Assembly (NCBI GenBank): GCA_947372925.1 | Contig: CANBVQ010000001.1 | Coordinates: 54,286 to 118,285 of the forward strand | Reading direction: 5' to 3' | DNA length: 64,000 nucleotides | DNA from: Acidimicrobiaceae bacterium | GTDB lineage: Bacteria > Actinomycetota > Acidimicrobiia > Acidimicrobiales > RAAP-2 | Part shown: piece after piece, positions 63,525-64,000 of the stretch | Numbering within the stretch: the first letter of the stretch is position 1 | Layout: each line of letters opens with the position of its first letter | The notes under the pieces: generated by a model | What the model saw: only the letters and a program-made list of their open reading frames with translations | Databases searched by the model: none | What the model was told of the DNA's origin: nothing | Translations under genes and position numbers: made by a program

Positions 63525-64000
63525 TTAGAGGAGGCCGCCACCGAGCCGTTTTAGGCCCAGGTGTTCATATGCCGCGTCAGTGGCCACTCGGCCTCGGGGG
63601 GTGCGAGCAATCAGCCCCTCGCGAATCAGAAAGGGCTCGTAGGCCTCTTCAATCGTGTGAGGCTCCTCCCCTACGACCTGGGCCAGCGTTACCAGCCCCA
63701 CAGGCCTGCCGTCACCGTGGGTACAGAGATACGTCAGAAGCGACCGGTCAACCTTGTCCAAACCACGCAAATCCACTCCAAACGTGGTCAGCGCGCCCCG
63801 TGCGATCTCTCCAGTAATCACCGATGAGCCTTCGATCTGAGCCACATCTCGCACCCGCCGAAGAAGTCGATTCGCAATACGTGGAGTGCCACGACTTCGT
63901 CGGGCAATCTCCCCCGCCCCCATCGTCTCTACCTGATAGTCCAAGAGCGCCGCGGAGCGGGCCACAATTGATGCCAGATCGCTCTCGTCATAAAGATCGA
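63525..64000 (-). CDS. ruvB: Holliday junction branch migration helicase RuvB, 3' part; runs off the window edge
   Basis: DLYDESDLASIVARSA, EIARRSRGTPRIANRLLRRVRD, GLDKVD, EPFLIREG...RTPRGR. Confidence 0.95.
   Translation of the reverse strand, partial: DLYDESDLASIVARSAALLDYQVETMGAGEIARRSRGTPRIANRLLRRVRDVAQIEGSSVITGEIARGALTTFGVDLRGLDKVDRSLLTYLCTHGDGRPVGLVTLAQVVGEEPHTIEEAYEPFLIREGLIARTPRGRVATDAAYEHLGLKRLGGGLL

Noticed and set aside
681-63827. The many 60-170 aa ORFs nested in or antisense to long genes
   Set aside because: They lie within well-supported CDSs, have low-complexity composition and show no motifs; treated as shadow ORFs.
1-64000. CRISPR arrays, IS elements, integrases, prophage, rRNA, defence systems
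   Set aside because: No spaced direct repeats, terminal inverted repeats or matching protein motifs were seen, and the gaps are too short to hide them. A formal repeat search was not run.

Overview
A compact, almost fully coding chromosomal window from an actinobacterium. Class Acidimicrobiia is likely (inference from the 4-repeat actinobacterial RpsA, MshD, the AftD family, a PdtaR-like regulator, a dedicated TrpF and an MrdB-type RodA). Most of it is conserved housekeeping synteny: yvcK-rapZ-uvrC-uvrA-uvrB-coaE; rpsA-polA-pdtaR with tRNA-Leu(CAA); fabD-fabG-acpP-fabF; a trp cluster; men genes; ppk1; and the ruvB-yajC-secDF-rel-hisS-aspS-rarA-alaS-ruvX-mltG-aroE run. No IS, integrase, prophage, rRNA or CRISPR array was seen. 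The most unusual part is a ~14.6 kb block between rpsA and coaE. It holds a 1711-aa AftD-family GT-C protein fused to an Rv0224c/MtrP-like methyltransferase domain whose SAM-binding glycine motif is lost. It also holds an Rv0225-like GT4, a Wzx-like flippase, a flavoprotein with eukaryotic-type UDP-galactopyranose mutase motifs, a second GT-C, and a peptide-type ABC transporter with no binding protein. Together these suggest a furanose-containing surface-glycan system. Other notable signals: about 15 genes with a TAnnnT box 6-8 nt before the start codon (probable leaderless mRNAs), convergent genes overlapping at their stop codons, an orphan GroES and a short YgfZ coupled to trpE, two partnerless SEDS genes, and a RarA N-terminus with no canonical start codon. 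All family assignments come from motif recognition by eye; no database searches were run.
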